DNA of 64,000 bases, taken from contig JBMNJZ010000001.1 in assembly GCA_050951925.1 (NCBI GenBank), forward strand, positions 915,015 to 979,014, read 5' to 3'. The stretch comes from Saccharofermentanales bacterium. Its GTDB lineage: Bacteria; Bacillota; Clostridia; Saccharofermentanales; DTU023. Both the position numbers and the translations under genes were made by a program. This document shows, piece by piece, positions 43,673 to 54,758 of this stretch. Below the pieces are notes generated by a model. That model saw nothing but the letters and a program-made list of their open reading frames with translations, was not told the DNA's origin and made no database searches. Numbering within the stretch: position 1 is the stretch's first letter; the number at the start of each line of letters is the position of its first letter.

Positions 43673-45037
43673 ATGAACCCGGAATTGATTGAGGCTTTGA
43701 AATTACTTGAAAAAGAGCGTGGACTGGATCTGGAGATCTTGTTCCAATCCATCGAGGAAGCGTTGGTTTCCGCGTATAAAAGAGAATTTGACATCAGGGC
43801 GGACCGCCGTGACAGCAGCGAAGAAATAGAGGCGGATGATATTTCAGCCGAGGTTGATCGCAAGACAGGCGAGATGCGCGTCTATCAGACCATGACGGTT
43901 GTCGAAGAGGTTACCGATCCGCATAGCCAACTTTCTCTGGAGGATGCCAAGGCACTGTCTGATGAGCTGGACCTGGGAGATCAGTTGGTTCGTGAGGTCG
44001 ATCCGGCGGATTTCGGTCGCCTGGCGGCGCAGACGGCGAAGAGTGTGATCAACCAGCGCCTGGCTCAGGCCGAGAAGGAGCGTATCCATAATGAATTTTC
44101 GGGTCGGGTCGGCGAACTTTCCGCCGGTGTTGTTCAGAGAAAAGACCGCCGCGAGGTCACTGTAGATATCGGCAGGGCGGAAGCGGTTTTGCCTAATAAT
44201 GAGCAATCCAGGCTGGATGGCTATACTTTTAATCAGCGGATGAAATTCTATATTATGAAAGTTGACGAGCGCCGTAATAGGCCGGTCATTATTGTGTCGC
44301 GCAGCCATCCCAATTTGGTCAGGCGGCTTTTTGAGCAGGAAGTGCCGGAGATTTCGTCAGGGGTGGTAGAGATTGTCAATATTGCCCGTGAGGCCGGTTC
44401 CCGCACCAAGATGGCTGTAGCGAGCTCAGACCCGAATGTTGACTCCGTGGGAGCTTGCGTCGGTCAGCGTGGTTTGCGCGTCCAGAGTATCATTGATGAG
44501 CTGAACGGCGAGAAGATTGATATTATCGAATGGGATGCGGATCCTGTAGTTTATATCAGCCATGCTTTGAGCCCCGCCAAGGTAATCCGCGTTGAGGTCA
44601 ACGAAGAAGAGCAGAGCGCTACCGTCGTCGTTCCCGATCATCAATTATCATTGGCGATCGGCCGCGAGGGTCAGAATGCCAGGTTGGCAGCTCGCTTGAC
44701 CGGCTGGAAGATTGATATTAAAAACGAAGCGCAATATCGTGAGATGTTAGAGAATGAGCTCTTCAGCCGTTTTGACCAGGCTCTGGCAGAGGAAGAGACT
44801 GAGGCGGGCTGGACTGAAGATGAGGGATTTGATTCTGAAATGGAAGGCGCGGACGACTGGGCCGAAGATGAGGAATTTGATTTTGAAGCAGGAGACACAG
44901 CAGATTGGACTGCGGACGAGGAATTTGGGTCCGAAGCTGATGCCGCTGCTGACCTGGATAGTACTGAGACGACAGAAACTGAAGAGGCCGGTTTAACTGA
45001 TGATGCTGATTCCGACCTGCCGGCGGGCACGGAGTAG
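43673..45037 (+). CDS. nusA: Transcription termination/antitermination factor NusA with an acidic C-terminal tail
   Basis: The N-terminal domain starts LIEALKLLEKERGL. S1 and two KH regions are present (ACVGQRGLRVQSIIDEL, LAIGREGQNARLAARLTGWKIDI). An 82-aa Asp/Glu-rich tail follows. Confidence 0.95.
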   Translation: MNPELIEALKLLEKERGLDLEILFQSIEEALVSAYKREFDIRADRRDSSEEIEADDISAEVDRKTGEMRVYQTMTVVEEVTDPHSQLSLEDAKALSDELDLGDQLVREVDPADFGRLAAQTAKSVINQRLAQAEKERIHNEFSGRVGELSAGVVQRKDRREVTVDIGRAEAVLPNNEQSRLDGYTFNQRMKFYIMKVDERRNRPVIIVSRSHPNLVRRLFEQEVPEISSGVVEIVNIAREAGSRTKMAVASSDPNVDSVGACVGQRGLRVQSIIDELNGEKIDIIEWDADPVVYISHALSPAKVIRVEVNEEEQSATVVVPDHQLSLAIGREGQNARLAARLTGWKIDIKNEAQYREMLENELFSRFDQALAEEETEAGWTEDEGFDSEMEGADDWAEDEEFDFEAGDTADWTADEEFGSEADAAADLDSTETTETEEAGLTDDADSDLPAGTE

Positions 45038-45048
45038 GCGGAGATTTA

Positions 45049-45342
45049 ATGATGGCCAACGAACAACCGGTCAGAATGTGTCTCTACTGTCGCAAGCGCA
45101 GCAGTAAAGATGAGCTGTTTCGCTTGGTCAGATCTGAAGATGGCCGCCTGATCTGGGACCGCACCGGCAAGGAGCAAAAGCGCGGCTACTATCTTTGTAA
45201 GCAGCGATCCTGTGTACAAGGCATATTACAAAGCCGGAAATCTGCGGTCAGGCTTAAACAGGAAGTTACGGAGCAGCTGACGGCATCATTGGAGAAGCGA
45301 TATGACTCTGAGGAGTCGGCTGGGAATTTGGATGAGCAATGA
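45049..45342 (+). CDS. ylxR: YlxR/RnpM-family RNA-binding protein (DUF448)
   Basis: The motif is RMCLYCRKRSSKDELFRLV...GRGYYLC. It holds the conserved position between nusA and infB. Confidence 0.85.
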   Translation: MMANEQPVRMCLYCRKRSSKDELFRLVRSEDGRLIWDRTGKEQKRGYYLCKQRSCVQGILQSRKSAVRLKQEVTEQLTASLEKRYDSEESAGNLDEQ

Positions 45343-45649
45343 GAGAATATTAAGTATCCTGGGTTTGGCCCGCAGAGCATATAAGCTGGCCCTCGGCCAG
45401 GATAAGACAATAAAGAGCATTCTGGACCGCAAAGCAAAACTGATTATCTTGAGCAAAGATTGCGGTGCCGCAGCGAAGCGCCAGATTGCAGGCAAGGCGA
45501 AAACAGCAGGGCTCAGAGTTTTGATTCTGGGTAGCAGAGAGGAGCTGGGCCGGGCGGTCGGCATCTCTGCCAGCAGCGCCATAGGAGTGCTGGATGCCGG
45601 TTTTGCAGCTTTGATTGAGAGCGGTTACAGAGAGCAAGTGGAGGATTAA
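45332..45649 (+). CDS. ylxQ: L7Ae/L30e-family RNA-binding protein YlxQ-like
   Basis: I chose the start at [22 protein letters not shown]. The [10 protein letters not shown] motif is present, and the position is conserved upstream of infB. Confidence 0.75.
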   Translation: MSNERILSILGLARRAYKLALGQDKTIKSILDRKAKLIILSKDCGAAAKRQIAGKAKTAGLRVLILGSREELGRAVGISASSAIGVLDAGFAALIESGYREQVED

Positions 45650-45657
45650 GTCTAATT

Positions 45658-48567
45658 ATGTCGAAACGAGAAGAAGCAGATTCAGGTCTCAGAGCAGGAT
45701 TTATCTCTGAGGATGAAGCTTTGCGCAAAATGAAAGAGGATGTGCAGACTACTGAGCAGGTAGAGGAATCAGCGCCGGAGCCTGTCAGTCCTGTTGCGCC
45801 CGAAAAAAGAGTTGATCCTCAAGATGACGGACCCACCATTGAGATGAAGGGTATCTCTGGCAAGAGCATTACTTCGGTGATTAAGATCGTCAAAAAGTCG
45901 CCGACGGAAAGCAAAGAAGCGGAAGCTGTGTCTAAAACCGAGGATAAGACGGCAACTGAGCCTGAGATGCCTGAGGTACCGCAGCCGGAGTCAGCAGAAA
46001 AGCCTGAACCGGCGACTGAAAAAGATGCCGCGACCGCTGTGGCGGCGAAGCCGGCTTCAACTAAGAAGAAATCTGCCAAAGCATCTGAAGCAAAATCTGC
46101 AGCAACAAAAACCGCTCCTGCCGTTAAAGACACAAAAGCAAGCAAGGATGTCAAGCAAGCGCAAGCTGCTCAGGATAAAAAGGCAGCCAAAGAGGCTGTG
46201 GCCAGCGCTCCGCCCCAAAAGGAAAAAGTTGCGCCGACAAAGCCTGCGCCTGCCGCGCCTGCTGCTGTACCTGCGGCAGAGTCTGAGGCAAGTGGCGATG
46301 GTGTTTTGAGGGATACGGGAGTTGTTGGGACAAAGCGAGTGACCGGAGCGCCTATCCGACCGCAAAGCGGCAGCTATATCGGACGCGATGCCGATGCTCC
46401 GGCAGTCAGTAAGAAAGACAGCAGAGCTGAGCGTCATTCAAGAGTGGCGCAGCCTCCTCGCGAGGAGCGCAGGCGGAGGGATGAACGTCAGACGGGCAGC
46501 AGACCGCCGGCCGGAGGCCGTACGCAGACCAGAGATCGCAGGCAGGATGTCGCCTTCGCTGATAAGGACAGGGAAGAGGCTCCGCGCCGAACCAGATCAC
46601 CTAAGCAAGTGGCCAGACAGCAGCCGCTGCGACAGCCGGAAGATGCCAAAGCTGCTACCCGCAGTCACTATGCGCAAAAAAGTCAGCACGGGCGCAGACA
46701 GGAGAGCAGGCGCGATCAGACCCGGCGGGAGAAAGAGGAGATGCTGACGGCTCGCATGAGACGTCGTGCGCCTCGCAATCAACCAACGACTGAACAACAA
46801 AAGCAGGCGCAGATCCTGACCAAGGTAAAGCTGCCGTCCAGTCTGACAGTTAAGGAACTGTCAGAGGCTCTGAAGAAGACAACTTCTGAGGTTATCATGA
46901 AGCTGATGAGCTATGGCGTCATGGCTACTCTGAATCAGGAGATTGATTATGATACGGCGGAGATAATCGCCAATGAGTTTGAGATAAAAGCGGAAAAACT
47001 GGTTGAAGTTACTGCCGAGGAGATTCTGTTCGACGATTCGCCGGATGATGAAGCCGATCTGCAGCCGCGACCGCCGGTGGTGGTTGTTATGGGTCATGTC
47101 GACCACGGTAAGACTTCAATCCTGGACTATATTCGCGAGGCTTCTGTTGCCAGTGGTGAGGCCGGCGGGATTACACAGAAAATCGGTGCCTATACGGTGG
47201 ATGTTGGAGATCAGCAAATCACCTTTATCGATACGCCCGGCCATGAAGCCTTTACTACTATGCGCGCCCGCGGAGCGCAGGTCACCGATCTGGCCGTTCT
47301 GGTAGTGGCGGCTGATGACGGCGTAATGCCGCAGACAATTGAGGCGATCCACCATGCTCGCGCCGCTAACACGGAGATTTTGGTGGCGATAAATAAAATT
47401 GACAAAGCCAATATCAATATAGACAGAGTGCTGACCGAACTGGCGCAGCATGATCTGATAGGCCCTGAATGGGGCGGATCGACAACTATCGTCAAGGTCT
47501 CAGCCAAAACCGGTGAGAATATGGATGAGCTGCTGTCGATGATCTTGTTGACAGCCGAGGTGTTGGAATTAAAGGCCAACCCCAATCGTCAGGCTAAGGG
47601 CACGGTTATCGAGGCTAAATTGGATCGCGCCCGGGGTGTAGTGGCCACTCTGCTGGTACAGAGAGGGACACTCAGTATCGGTGATACGATTGTGGTTGGT
47701 TCTCAGATCGGACATGTGCGCGCTATGCATAATGACAAGGGCAAGCCGCTTGATGTAGCCGGTCCCTCAACCCCGGTTGAGGTCATGGGCCTGTCGGAAG
47801 TTCCTGAAGGCGGCGAAGTCTTCTATGAGGTCGAGGACGATCGCACAGCCAGGGCGCTGGTCGAAAGACGCAAAGAGCAGGAACGGGAATCCGCCCTGAG
47901 CACTTCTTCGCGCATGTCTCTGGATAATCTCTTCGCCAGCCTGGGCAGCGGTGAGGTCAAGGAGCTTAATATCATTGTTAAAGCTGATCTGAAAGGCTCA
48001 GTTGAAGCACTGACTTCCTCACTGGAAAAATTATCTAATGAAGAGGTGCAGGTCAGAGTCATCCACGGCGCGGTCGGAGCGATTACGGAGAGCGATATCC
48101 GGCTGGCCGAGGTCGCGAATGCCATTGTCATTGGCTTCAGTGTCAGACCGGCGCCTAATGTGCCTGAACTCGCTGAAGCAAGCGGGGTGGATATAAGATT
48201 GTACCGTGTTATTTACCATGCCACGGAGGATATTGAGAACGCGATGAAAGGCATGCTTGAGCCCGAGTTCAAAGAGGTTGTGCTGGGTCATGCCACAGTG
48301 AGGGAGGTCTTCCGCATTTCAGGTGTCGGCAGTGTTGCCGGTTGTTATGTCACAAGCGGCAAAATCGTCAGAAATAGTGAGATCCGCGTAGTACGCGACG
48401 GTATCGTTATTCACGAAGGCAATATTGATTCTCTGCGTCGCTTCAAAGACGATGTGCGCGAGGTAGCAGCCGGATATGAGTGCGGCATCGGCATTGAGCG
48501 CTTTAACGATATCAGAGAGGGCGATCAGTTCGAGAGTTTTGAAGTGCAGGAGATCAAGCGGGATTAA
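45658..48567 (+). CDS. infB: Translation initiation factor IF-2
   Basis: 969 aa. A long Lys/Ala/Glu/Pro/Arg-rich N-terminus precedes the GTPase domain [28 protein letters not shown]. Confidence 0.95.
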   Translation: MSKREEADSGLRAGFISEDEALRKMKEDVQTTEQVEESAPEPVSPVAPEKRVDPQDDGPTIEMKGISGKSITSVIKIVKKSPTESKEAEAVSKTEDKTATEPEMPEVPQPESAEKPEPATEKDAATAVAAKPASTKKKSAKASEAKSAATKTAPAVKDTKASKDVKQAQAAQDKKAAKEAVASAPPQKEKVAPTKPAPAAPAAVPAAESEASGDGVLRDTGVVGTKRVTGAPIRPQSGSYIGRDADAPAVSKKDSRAERHSRVAQPPREERRRRDERQTGSRPPAGGRTQTRDRRQDVAFADKDREEAPRRTRSPKQVARQQPLRQPEDAKAATRSHYAQKSQHGRRQESRRDQTRREKEEMLTARMRRRAPRNQPTTEQQKQAQILTKVKLPSSLTVKELSEALKKTTSEVIMKLMSYGVMATLNQEIDYDTAEIIANEFEIKAEKLVEVTAEEILFDDSPDDEADLQPRPPVVVVMGHVDHGKTSILDYIREASVASGEAGGITQKIGAYTVDVGDQQITFIDTPGHEAFTTMRARGAQVTDLAVLVVAADDGVMPQTIEAIHHARAANTEILVAINKIDKANINIDRVLTELAQHDLIGPEWGGSTTIVKVSAKTGENMDELLSMILLTAEVLELKANPNRQAKGTVIEAKLDRARGVVATLLVQRGTLSIGDTIVVGSQIGHVRAMHNDKGKPLDVAGPSTPVEVMGLSEVPEGGEVFYEVEDDRTARALVERRKEQERESALSTSSRMSLDNLFASLGSGEVKELNIIVKADLKGSVEALTSSLEKLSNEEVQVRVIHGAVGAITESDIRLAEVANAIVIGFSVRPAPNVPELAEASGVDIRLYRVIYHATEDIENAMKGMLEPEFKEVVLGHATVREVFRISGVGSVAGCYVTSGKIVRNSEIRVVRDGIVIHEGNIDSLRRFKDDVREVAAGYECGIGIERFNDIREGDQFESFEVQEIKRD

Positions 48568-48669
48568 GCGGTTCGGTTTTTGACGAAGGCGGCAGCGAGG
48601 CATACCTGCCTCTGCCAGAGGGAGCTGTGTTATTGGTACGAATTGAGGGCTGCACCCGGGAGAAGAGAT

Positions 48670-49080
48670 ATGTCAGAGAGAAATGTGAGAGTAGCCGGTG
48701 AAATCCAGAGAATTCTGTCCGATCTGGTCAGAGAGCTCAAAGATCCGCGCAAACCGCAAATGTTGTCAATCACCGGCGTCAAAGTTACAAAAGATCTGAG
48801 TGTAGCTACCGTTTACTATAGTGTCTATGGCGGCGCGGAAGATAAGGATAAGGCCAGGACGGTATTGGACAGCTCTGCCGGCTTTCTGCGCCGTGAGCTG
48901 GGCAAGCGGCTGCGGCTGCGCAAAGTGCCGGAGTTACGTCTGCTCCTGGATGAGACGATTGAGCGTGGTTTTGCCATGGATGCTCTGATTGATCGGGTTA
49001 TTTTCGCCGACGAGAAAAACAGAGCCAGCAGGGAAAGCCGCACAGCAGACCCGGAGACTGCTGACGGTACTGATAACTGA
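48670..49080 (+). CDS. rbfA: Ribosome-binding factor A
   Basis: From the internal Met the protein reads MSERNVRVAGEIQRILSDLVRELKDPR, the typical RbfA start. The track ORF's 30-aa extension is Cys/Trp-rich and unlikely to be real. Confidence 0.85.
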   Translation: MSERNVRVAGEIQRILSDLVRELKDPRKPQMLSITGVKVTKDLSVATVYYSVYGGAEDKDKARTVLDSSAGFLRRELGKRLRLRKVPELRLLLDETIERGFAMDALIDRVIFADEKNRASRESRTADPETADGTDN

Positions 49081-49107
49081 GGCCGGCAGGCAACTTGTCA
49101 GGGGGAT

Positions 49108-50154
49108 ATGATGGAGATGAAAATGCGTTTGCAAAATATCGTAGATGCAGTTTTGTCGCTCCGCAATACTGAGGAGCCGATCGGTATCTTTCCCCATCTC
49201 GGAGCGGACGGCGATGCTCTGGGTTCCGGTCTGGGCCTGATGCTGGCCTTGAGAAGCCTGGGTCTTCGCGCTGATTTATTGTTGGATGAAGAGCCGACGG
49301 AACAGCTCAAATTTCTGCCCCGGCTTGACCTGGTTACTGTCTATGCCCCTGAGATGCTGGAAGATTATCGCCGGACTATTAAATTGGCGATCGCTGTTGA
49401 TTGTCATCAGGCGTATCGGATGGGTCTGCGCGGCGAGTTATTCGAGTCGGTCTCTGTCCGGGCGATAATTGATCATCATGTGCATGAAGGTGATTACGGC
49501 GAACTGGCCGTGATCAAAGTTTCCGCCTCTTCCACAGCTGAACTGATTTTTGATTTTATTGAGCTCTTGGAACAAAAGACGGGGCAAGAGATCTTTAACC
49601 GGGATATTGCGATTTCGTTGCTGGTCGGGCTTATAACCGATACCGGACGTTTCAGTTTTCCTTCCACTACAGCGCGCTGTTTTGAGCAGATGGCCCGCTT
49701 GATTGCCTATCGTCCGGATCTGACCGCTATTAATTACGAGCTTTATGAACGGGTAAAGCTGCCGCAGATTTTGCTGCGGGGAGAAGTCCTGAGCCGAATC
49801 AAGGCCAGCCCGGACCACAAAGTGATTACTTCCTCTATTTCCAGAGCTCTGTTGGAGCAGACAGGAGCCGGAGATTATGATCTGGATACGCTGCCCTCTG
49901 AAATGAGAGCTATTGAGGGGGTTGAGGTAGCATTTCTTTTGCGTGAAGTCAGCGCTCCGGATGTGATCAAGATCAATATCAGATCTAAGGATTGTTTCGA
50001 TGCTGCTGCTTTTGCTATTAAATATGGCGGCGGCGGACATGTCCGCGCCGCAGGTGTGACACTGAAAGGCATCAGTCTGGCTGAAGCTGAGGCTATGGTC
50101 ATGCGCGAGGCCAGCGAGATTCTTCAGAACTGTTCCGAACCAGGTGATAAGTGA
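49108..50154 (+). CDS. nrnA: DHH/DHHA1 phosphoesterase (NrnA-like oligoribonuclease/pAp phosphatase)
   Basis: Motifs seen: HLGADGDALGS, DHH (IIDHHVHEG) and GGGGHVRAAG (DHHA1). Confidence 0.8.
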   Translation: MMEMKMRLQNIVDAVLSLRNTEEPIGIFPHLGADGDALGSGLGLMLALRSLGLRADLLLDEEPTEQLKFLPRLDLVTVYAPEMLEDYRRTIKLAIAVDCHQAYRMGLRGELFESVSVRAIIDHHVHEGDYGELAVIKVSASSTAELIFDFIELLEQKTGQEIFNRDIAISLLVGLITDTGRFSFPSTTARCFEQMARLIAYRPDLTAINYELYERVKLPQILLRGEVLSRIKASPDHKVITSSISRALLEQTGAGDYDLDTLPSEMRAIEGVEVAFLLREVSAPDVIKINIRSKDCFDAAAFAIKYGGGGHVRAAGVTLKGISLAEAEAMVMREASEILQNCSEPGDK

Positions 50155-51218
50155 AGCCGTCACAGATGGAAAGCGGTATTCTGCTGCTCGATAAACCGGC
50201 CGGCCTTACTTCATTCGGTGTTGTGGCGCGCAGCCGCAAAATGCTTGGTACTCGCCGTGTTGGCCATCTAGGCACATTGGATCCCTTTGCCACCGGCATT
50301 CTTCCCTTGGTCTTTGGCAAGGCAACCCGCCTTTCGCAATATTTGATGGAGCATGACAAGCGCTACCGGGTCACGCTGGAGCTGGGGCTTGCTACAGATA
50401 CGCTGGATCGGGAGGGAAAGGTCGTAGGCGAAAAACAGTTGACTCCGGAGCACTTGCAGCATTTGCTGCAGGATGATTGCAAAATGATCAAACAGGCGGT
50501 TGCCGATCTGGAAGGCGCCAGAGAGCAAGTGCCGCCGATGTATTCCGCTGTCAAAATTGAAGGCAAACCCCTCTACAAATATGCGCGTCGCGGAAAAGAT
50601 GTCAATAGGTCATCACGTCATATTGTAGTCTATCAGGCTAGCTTGCTGGGAGTGAGGAAGGGCAGGTCTTATTTGCGTCCAGAGAGTGAGACCTTAGTTT
50701 TGGATTTGATGATTTATTGCAGCAAAGGCACCTATATCAGAGTGCTGGCGTCTGAACTGGGACAAAAGCTGGGCAGTTTGGCTTATGCTGTGGCTTTGCG
50801 CCGCTTGGCAGTCGGCAGCTTTACGGTTGCGGAGGCGCTGGATCTGGCACAGGCAGAGGATCTGTTCTCTAATATATATCAGGCGGATCGCGCGGCCTGG
50901 TGTTCACATCTGGTACAGCAAGGACAGATACTGACGATGGCTGAGGCTATGAGTGAATATCCGTCCTATCGGCTTAACCGGGAGGAGGCGCTGGCCATCG
51001 CTGCAGGCATGACGATTAGTTGCGATGCTCCGTTTACCGAACCGGAATGCCGGTCGGCAGCCGGGGCGGCGCAGCGGACCACGGAGGGGCGCCTTCGCCA
51101 TGTTGTCTGTTTGCTTTGGCAGGATGATCTGCTGGCTGTAGGTTCTGTAGTTGAGCGAGGGCAGGAGTCTCTGATTAGGCCGGAGACAGTTTTTGTGACT
51201 CGTGCGGATATTATTTGA
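50151..51218 (+). CDS. truB: tRNA pseudouridine(55) synthase
   Basis: GILLLDKPAGLTSF and the catalytic HLGTLDPFATGILPL are present. The GTG start overlaps the upstream stop, and an alternative ATG lies at 50166. Confidence 0.9.
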   Translation: MKPSQMESGILLLDKPAGLTSFGVVARSRKMLGTRRVGHLGTLDPFATGILPLVFGKATRLSQYLMEHDKRYRVTLELGLATDTLDREGKVVGEKQLTPEHLQHLLQDDCKMIKQAVADLEGAREQVPPMYSAVKIEGKPLYKYARRGKDVNRSSRHIVVYQASLLGVRKGRSYLRPESETLVLDLMIYCSKGTYIRVLASELGQKLGSLAYAVALRRLAVGSFTVAEALDLAQAEDLFSNIYQADRAAWCSHLVQQGQILTMAEAMSEYPSYRLNREEALAIAAGMTISCDAPFTEPECRSAAGAAQRTTEGRLRHVVCLLWQDDLLAVGSVVERGQESLIRPETVFVTRADII

Positions 51219-51241
51219 GAAGAATTGAGGTATTGTTGCTG

Positions 51242-52093
51242 ATGAAGGTCTATCTTGCGGATGATGTCTGGCCGATTGAGTTTGAGCGCAGTGTAGCGCT
51301 TGGGACTTTTGATGGGGTTCATCTGGGTCATCAGGCTTTGATCCGGGCGTTGTTGGCAGATGCTGAGGAGACAGGGCGGATTCCGTCAGTTTTTACTTTT
51401 TCCGATCATCCTGACTTGGTCTTTAGAGATCGGGAGACATTCCCGGGACTGACTATGACTGTGGAGGAGAAAGTGAAAGTTCTGGCCGAGCTGGGGGTAG
51501 CGGAAGTGTTTTTGCTGCCTTTGGCGCCACAGATATATCGGCTGTCGGCGACGGAGTTTTTACGAGATCTGCTGCGGAGCAGGCTGAATGCCGGAATGAT
51601 TGTGGTGGGGGAGGATGCCAGATTCGGTTCCGGCCGAAGCGGAGATACCGAATTCTTGTCTGCCTGGGGCAGGGAGAATGGAGTGAAAACTGTCATTATC
51701 GATGATCTGTACTGCGATGGAGAGAAGATTTCCAGCACGCGTATTCGCAGCCTGTTGCAGGCAGGGAGGTTGAAGCAAGCAGCCACGCTTTTAGGGAGAA
51801 ACTTTGGTTTTAGGGCGGAAGTGCAGTCTCTGAGGAGTGTTGAAGACTCTGAGGGGATGGTGGAAATTGAACTGCGCTATCCGGCGGGAATTGTCGTGCT
51901 TCCTCCCGGGAGATATCCGGTGGAAGTTTTCCCGGACTTCGTAGGTTTTGAGCAAAGAGCCGGTTTGCCTTTGCTCTGGCAGACGGAACTTGAGATAGTT
52001 ATAGCTAAAGGCGGCCCGCAACTGAGACTGCCGGTTCCTCTGGGCACGCATCCGGAAAATTCCGCTTTGTATCTGAGTTTTGCAGGTTCATAG
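51242..52093 (+). CDS. ribF: Bifunctional riboflavin kinase / FMN adenylyltransferase
   Basis: The motif is ALGTFDGVHLGHQALI. It is the conserved last gene of the nusA-infB operon. An alternative TTG start at 51215 overlaps the truB stop. Confidence 0.85.
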   Translation: MKVYLADDVWPIEFERSVALGTFDGVHLGHQALIRALLADAEETGRIPSVFTFSDHPDLVFRDRETFPGLTMTVEEKVKVLAELGVAEVFLLPLAPQIYRLSATEFLRDLLRSRLNAGMIVVGEDARFGSGRSGDTEFLSAWGRENGVKTVIIDDLYCDGEKISSTRIRSLLQAGRLKQAATLLGRNFGFRAEVQSLRSVEDSEGMVEIELRYPAGIVVLPPGRYPVEVFPDFVGFEQRAGLPLLWQTELEIVIAKGGPQLRLPVPLGTHPENSALYLSFAGS

Positions 52094-52169
52094 TGATCTG
52101 GGCGCGGTCTTCGGATGGAAGTGGATCGCTTTATGGTAAAATTATTCTCTAATAAGGAGATAAACAGAC

Positions 52170-53312
52170 ATGGCTGATTATTTAGTTGATTTTCCCGGAC
52201 TCGGTATTTTTGATCTGCCTATCAACCGCTCAGTGGTATCTTTCGAGCTCTTTGGGCGGCATATCAGTATCTACTGGTATGGTGTCATCATTGCCTTGGC
52301 CTTTTTGCTTTGCATATTCCTTAGTATGAAGCAGGCAAAACAATTCGGCATGACGAGTGACCAGATTGCAGATTATTTTTTGCTGATTATTCCTCTGGGG
52401 ATGCTGGGCGCCAGACTGTATTATGTTGTTTTTCAGCGAGATACAGCCGGTTGCAGTCTGAAAAATATTTTTGATACCAGAAGCGGCGGGCTGGCATTTT
52501 ATGGCGGTGTGATCGGGGGAATCCTGGCCATCATTATTATGGCCAAATTTAAGAAGCACAAACTGAGCAGAATCTTTGATTTCTTCGTAGTCTATCTGCC
52601 TCTGGGTCAGGCGATCGGGCGTTGGGGAAATTTCTTCAACCAGGAGGCCTTTGGCGTTAATACGAATTTGCCTTGGGGCATGTACAGTAATGGTACTGAA
52701 GCCTATATCCGCTCTCTCAGTGGTGTAGAGCGCAGTCTGCTGCCGACATTGAATCCGTCGCAACCGGTTCATCCGACCTTCCTCTACGAATTCATCGCCA
52801 ATCTGATTATTTTTGTCATCCTGCTACAAGTGCGCAAGCGCTCAAAACGCCCTTATACTACGATGGCGACTTATTTTCTGTTCTACGGTTCGGTGCGTTT
52901 TCTGGTCGAAGGGCTGCGCACGGATCCGCTTTATATTGCCGGCACGGATTTCCGGGTATCACAGGTACTGTCGGCTGTGATGGTTGCAGGTTCTTTGATC
53001 TTCCTGCTGGCTTCCGGCTTTATCAAACAGCGGCATCCCGAGCGAGAAGTAACTGTAGCAATCCCTGTTGTTGAAGAGGATGAGATCGATAGTGTAGTGA
53101 CTTCGTCCGAGTCGGCGAACGGCTTTGAGGAAGCAATTGATAATACGGATGATTCTCCTGCGGCGAAGACCGGATCTGAGGAGACAGAGAAGATAGAGGA
53201 GACAGATGGTACAGGAGTAGCAGAAAAAGCGAACCCGGAGAGTGCTTTAACCGGGATGGCGGCAGCAGTTGAGACTGCTGAGAATGATCAGACTGATGAG
53301 GATGACAATTAA
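52170..53312 (+). CDS. lgt: Prolipoprotein diacylglyceryl transferase with an acidic C-terminal extension
   Basis: Motifs seen: YWYGVIIALAF, LGARLYYV, GLAFYGGVIGG and GRWGNFFNQEAFG. The last ~90 aa are Glu/Asp/Thr-rich. Confidence 0.9.
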   Translation: MADYLVDFPGLGIFDLPINRSVVSFELFGRHISIYWYGVIIALAFLLCIFLSMKQAKQFGMTSDQIADYFLLIIPLGMLGARLYYVVFQRDTAGCSLKNIFDTRSGGLAFYGGVIGGILAIIIMAKFKKHKLSRIFDFFVVYLPLGQAIGRWGNFFNQEAFGVNTNLPWGMYSNGTEAYIRSLSGVERSLLPTLNPSQPVHPTFLYEFIANLIIFVILLQVRKRSKRPYTTMATYFLFYGSVRFLVEGLRTDPLYIAGTDFRVSQVLSAVMVAGSLIFLLASGFIKQRHPEREVTVAIPVVEEDEIDSVVTSSESANGFEEAIDNTDDSPAAKTGSEETEKIEETDGTGVAEKANPESALTGMAAAVETAENDQTDEDDN

Positions 53313-53327
53313 ATTCACAGGAGAACT

Positions 53328-54512
53328 ATGCTTAGAAGTTCCAATCCGGATCAAAAATATGCGCTAAGACGTTCCGGCAGCGACCGATCCCGCGCCTCTA
53401 TCTTCTTTTCTGCCATGGATTATTGGATCCTGGTGCCGGTAATGATCATGGTTCTGATCGGCCTGTATGTGTTAAATCAGGTAGCAGCAGATGGCGTCGG
53501 CACGACACTCAGTTATCCTTCCGGATTTTATCGTCAGGTGGGCGCCGTATTGCTTGGTTTAGCTCTGGCAATTATCATTTGCCTGATGGAGTTGCCGACC
53601 TTGAGATTGTTCGGATCCATCATCTATATCGTTGCTGTAATACTGCTGATCTATGTCAAGATTGACGGTTATTCCCTGCGTTCCCTTACCGGCGCCGACA
53701 GTTGGATCAGATTTCCTGTGATTGGTTCGCTCCAGCCGTCGGAACTGGCAAAAACCGGTATTGCTATGGTTGCAGGCAATATTTTGGCGGAGATGAAATC
53801 CGGCGCACGCAATTATCTGGATGGTGGCATCAGGATTGCCCTTGTTTCCGGCTTCCCGCTTTTGTTGATAATCACCGAGCCTGATTTCGGCACTTCAATG
53901 ACAATAGTATTTATGGTTGCGGTGATGATCTTTGTCTGGGGCATCCGCTGGAGATATGTTCTGATTACAGCCGGTGCCTTTGTGATTGCGCTACCTTTAA
54001 TCTGGAACTATGTCCTTAGTGCGGTAGGGCAAAACCGGATTCTGACTTTTCTGTTTCCCGGTCATGACAAAAGAGCCAGTTACCACATTTCACAATCTTT
54101 ATCCGCTGTTTCCTCCGGTGGAATTACCGGCAGTGCCGGCCAGCCGGTCAATGTACCTGTCAAAGAGTCTGACTTTATCTTTTCTGCGGTAGCCGAGTAT
54201 ATGGGTTTAATAGGAGTAGTAGCCCTGATTGCCCTGGTTGCTATTTTCATCATCCGTACTTTATTTATTTCATTTGAAGCAGTTAGGGATGATCCGGCTC
54301 AGGGCTATATTATGACGGGTCTGATCTCAGTTATGGCCTTCCATTATATTGAGAATATGGGTATGACAGTTGGCATGCTCCCTATCACCGGGATTCCTCT
54401 ACCTTTTGTCAGTCATGGCGGTTCAGCTATGGTTTCCAATTTTATCTCACTGGGCATTATCTTGAATATATCCATGAATCAGCGCATGCTGGCGATGCAG
54501 TCTGGTTACTGA
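53328..54512 (+). CDS. SEDS-family (FtsW/RodA/SpoVE) peptidoglycan polymerase, possibly RodA
   Basis: It has about 10 TM helices. Motifs seen: LQPSELAKT, EPDFGT and PLPFVSHGGSAM. Confidence 0.8.
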   Translation: MLRSSNPDQKYALRRSGSDRSRASIFFSAMDYWILVPVMIMVLIGLYVLNQVAADGVGTTLSYPSGFYRQVGAVLLGLALAIIICLMELPTLRLFGSIIYIVAVILLIYVKIDGYSLRSLTGADSWIRFPVIGSLQPSELAKTGIAMVAGNILAEMKSGARNYLDGGIRIALVSGFPLLLIITEPDFGTSMTIVFMVAVMIFVWGIRWRYVLITAGAFVIALPLIWNYVLSAVGQNRILTFLFPGHDKRASYHISQSLSAVSSGGITGSAGQPVNVPVKESDFIFSAVAEYMGLIGVVALIALVAIFIIRTLFISFEAVRDDPAQGYIMTGLISVMAFHYIENMGMTVGMLPITGIPLPFVSHGGSAMVSNFISLGIILNISMNQRMLAMQSGY

Positions 54513-54758
54513 TCGCTCAAGCCAACCGGCATGACAGCCTGAGAAGGTTAATTTCAGTCTGACTTTCGGCGCTTGCTGTCGCATCTATTGCAAAATCTAT
54601 CCAATCAGAACAAATGACTTAAGTAAGAGTGCTTGAAAGGCATTTTTTTGTTTTATTTGCTGAAATCAGACAATGGAAACTAATATTTATAATTTCTCTA
54701 TTTTTATTAAGTAAATTCATTTGCTTTTTCACTTAACAGCAGTTAGAATGATCAAAAA

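Noticed and set aside
49438-50163. A 241-aa minus-strand ORF
   Set aside because: It is antisense to the DHH/DHHA1 phosphoesterase gene, whose DHH and GGGH motifs are clear. The antisense product has no motifs.
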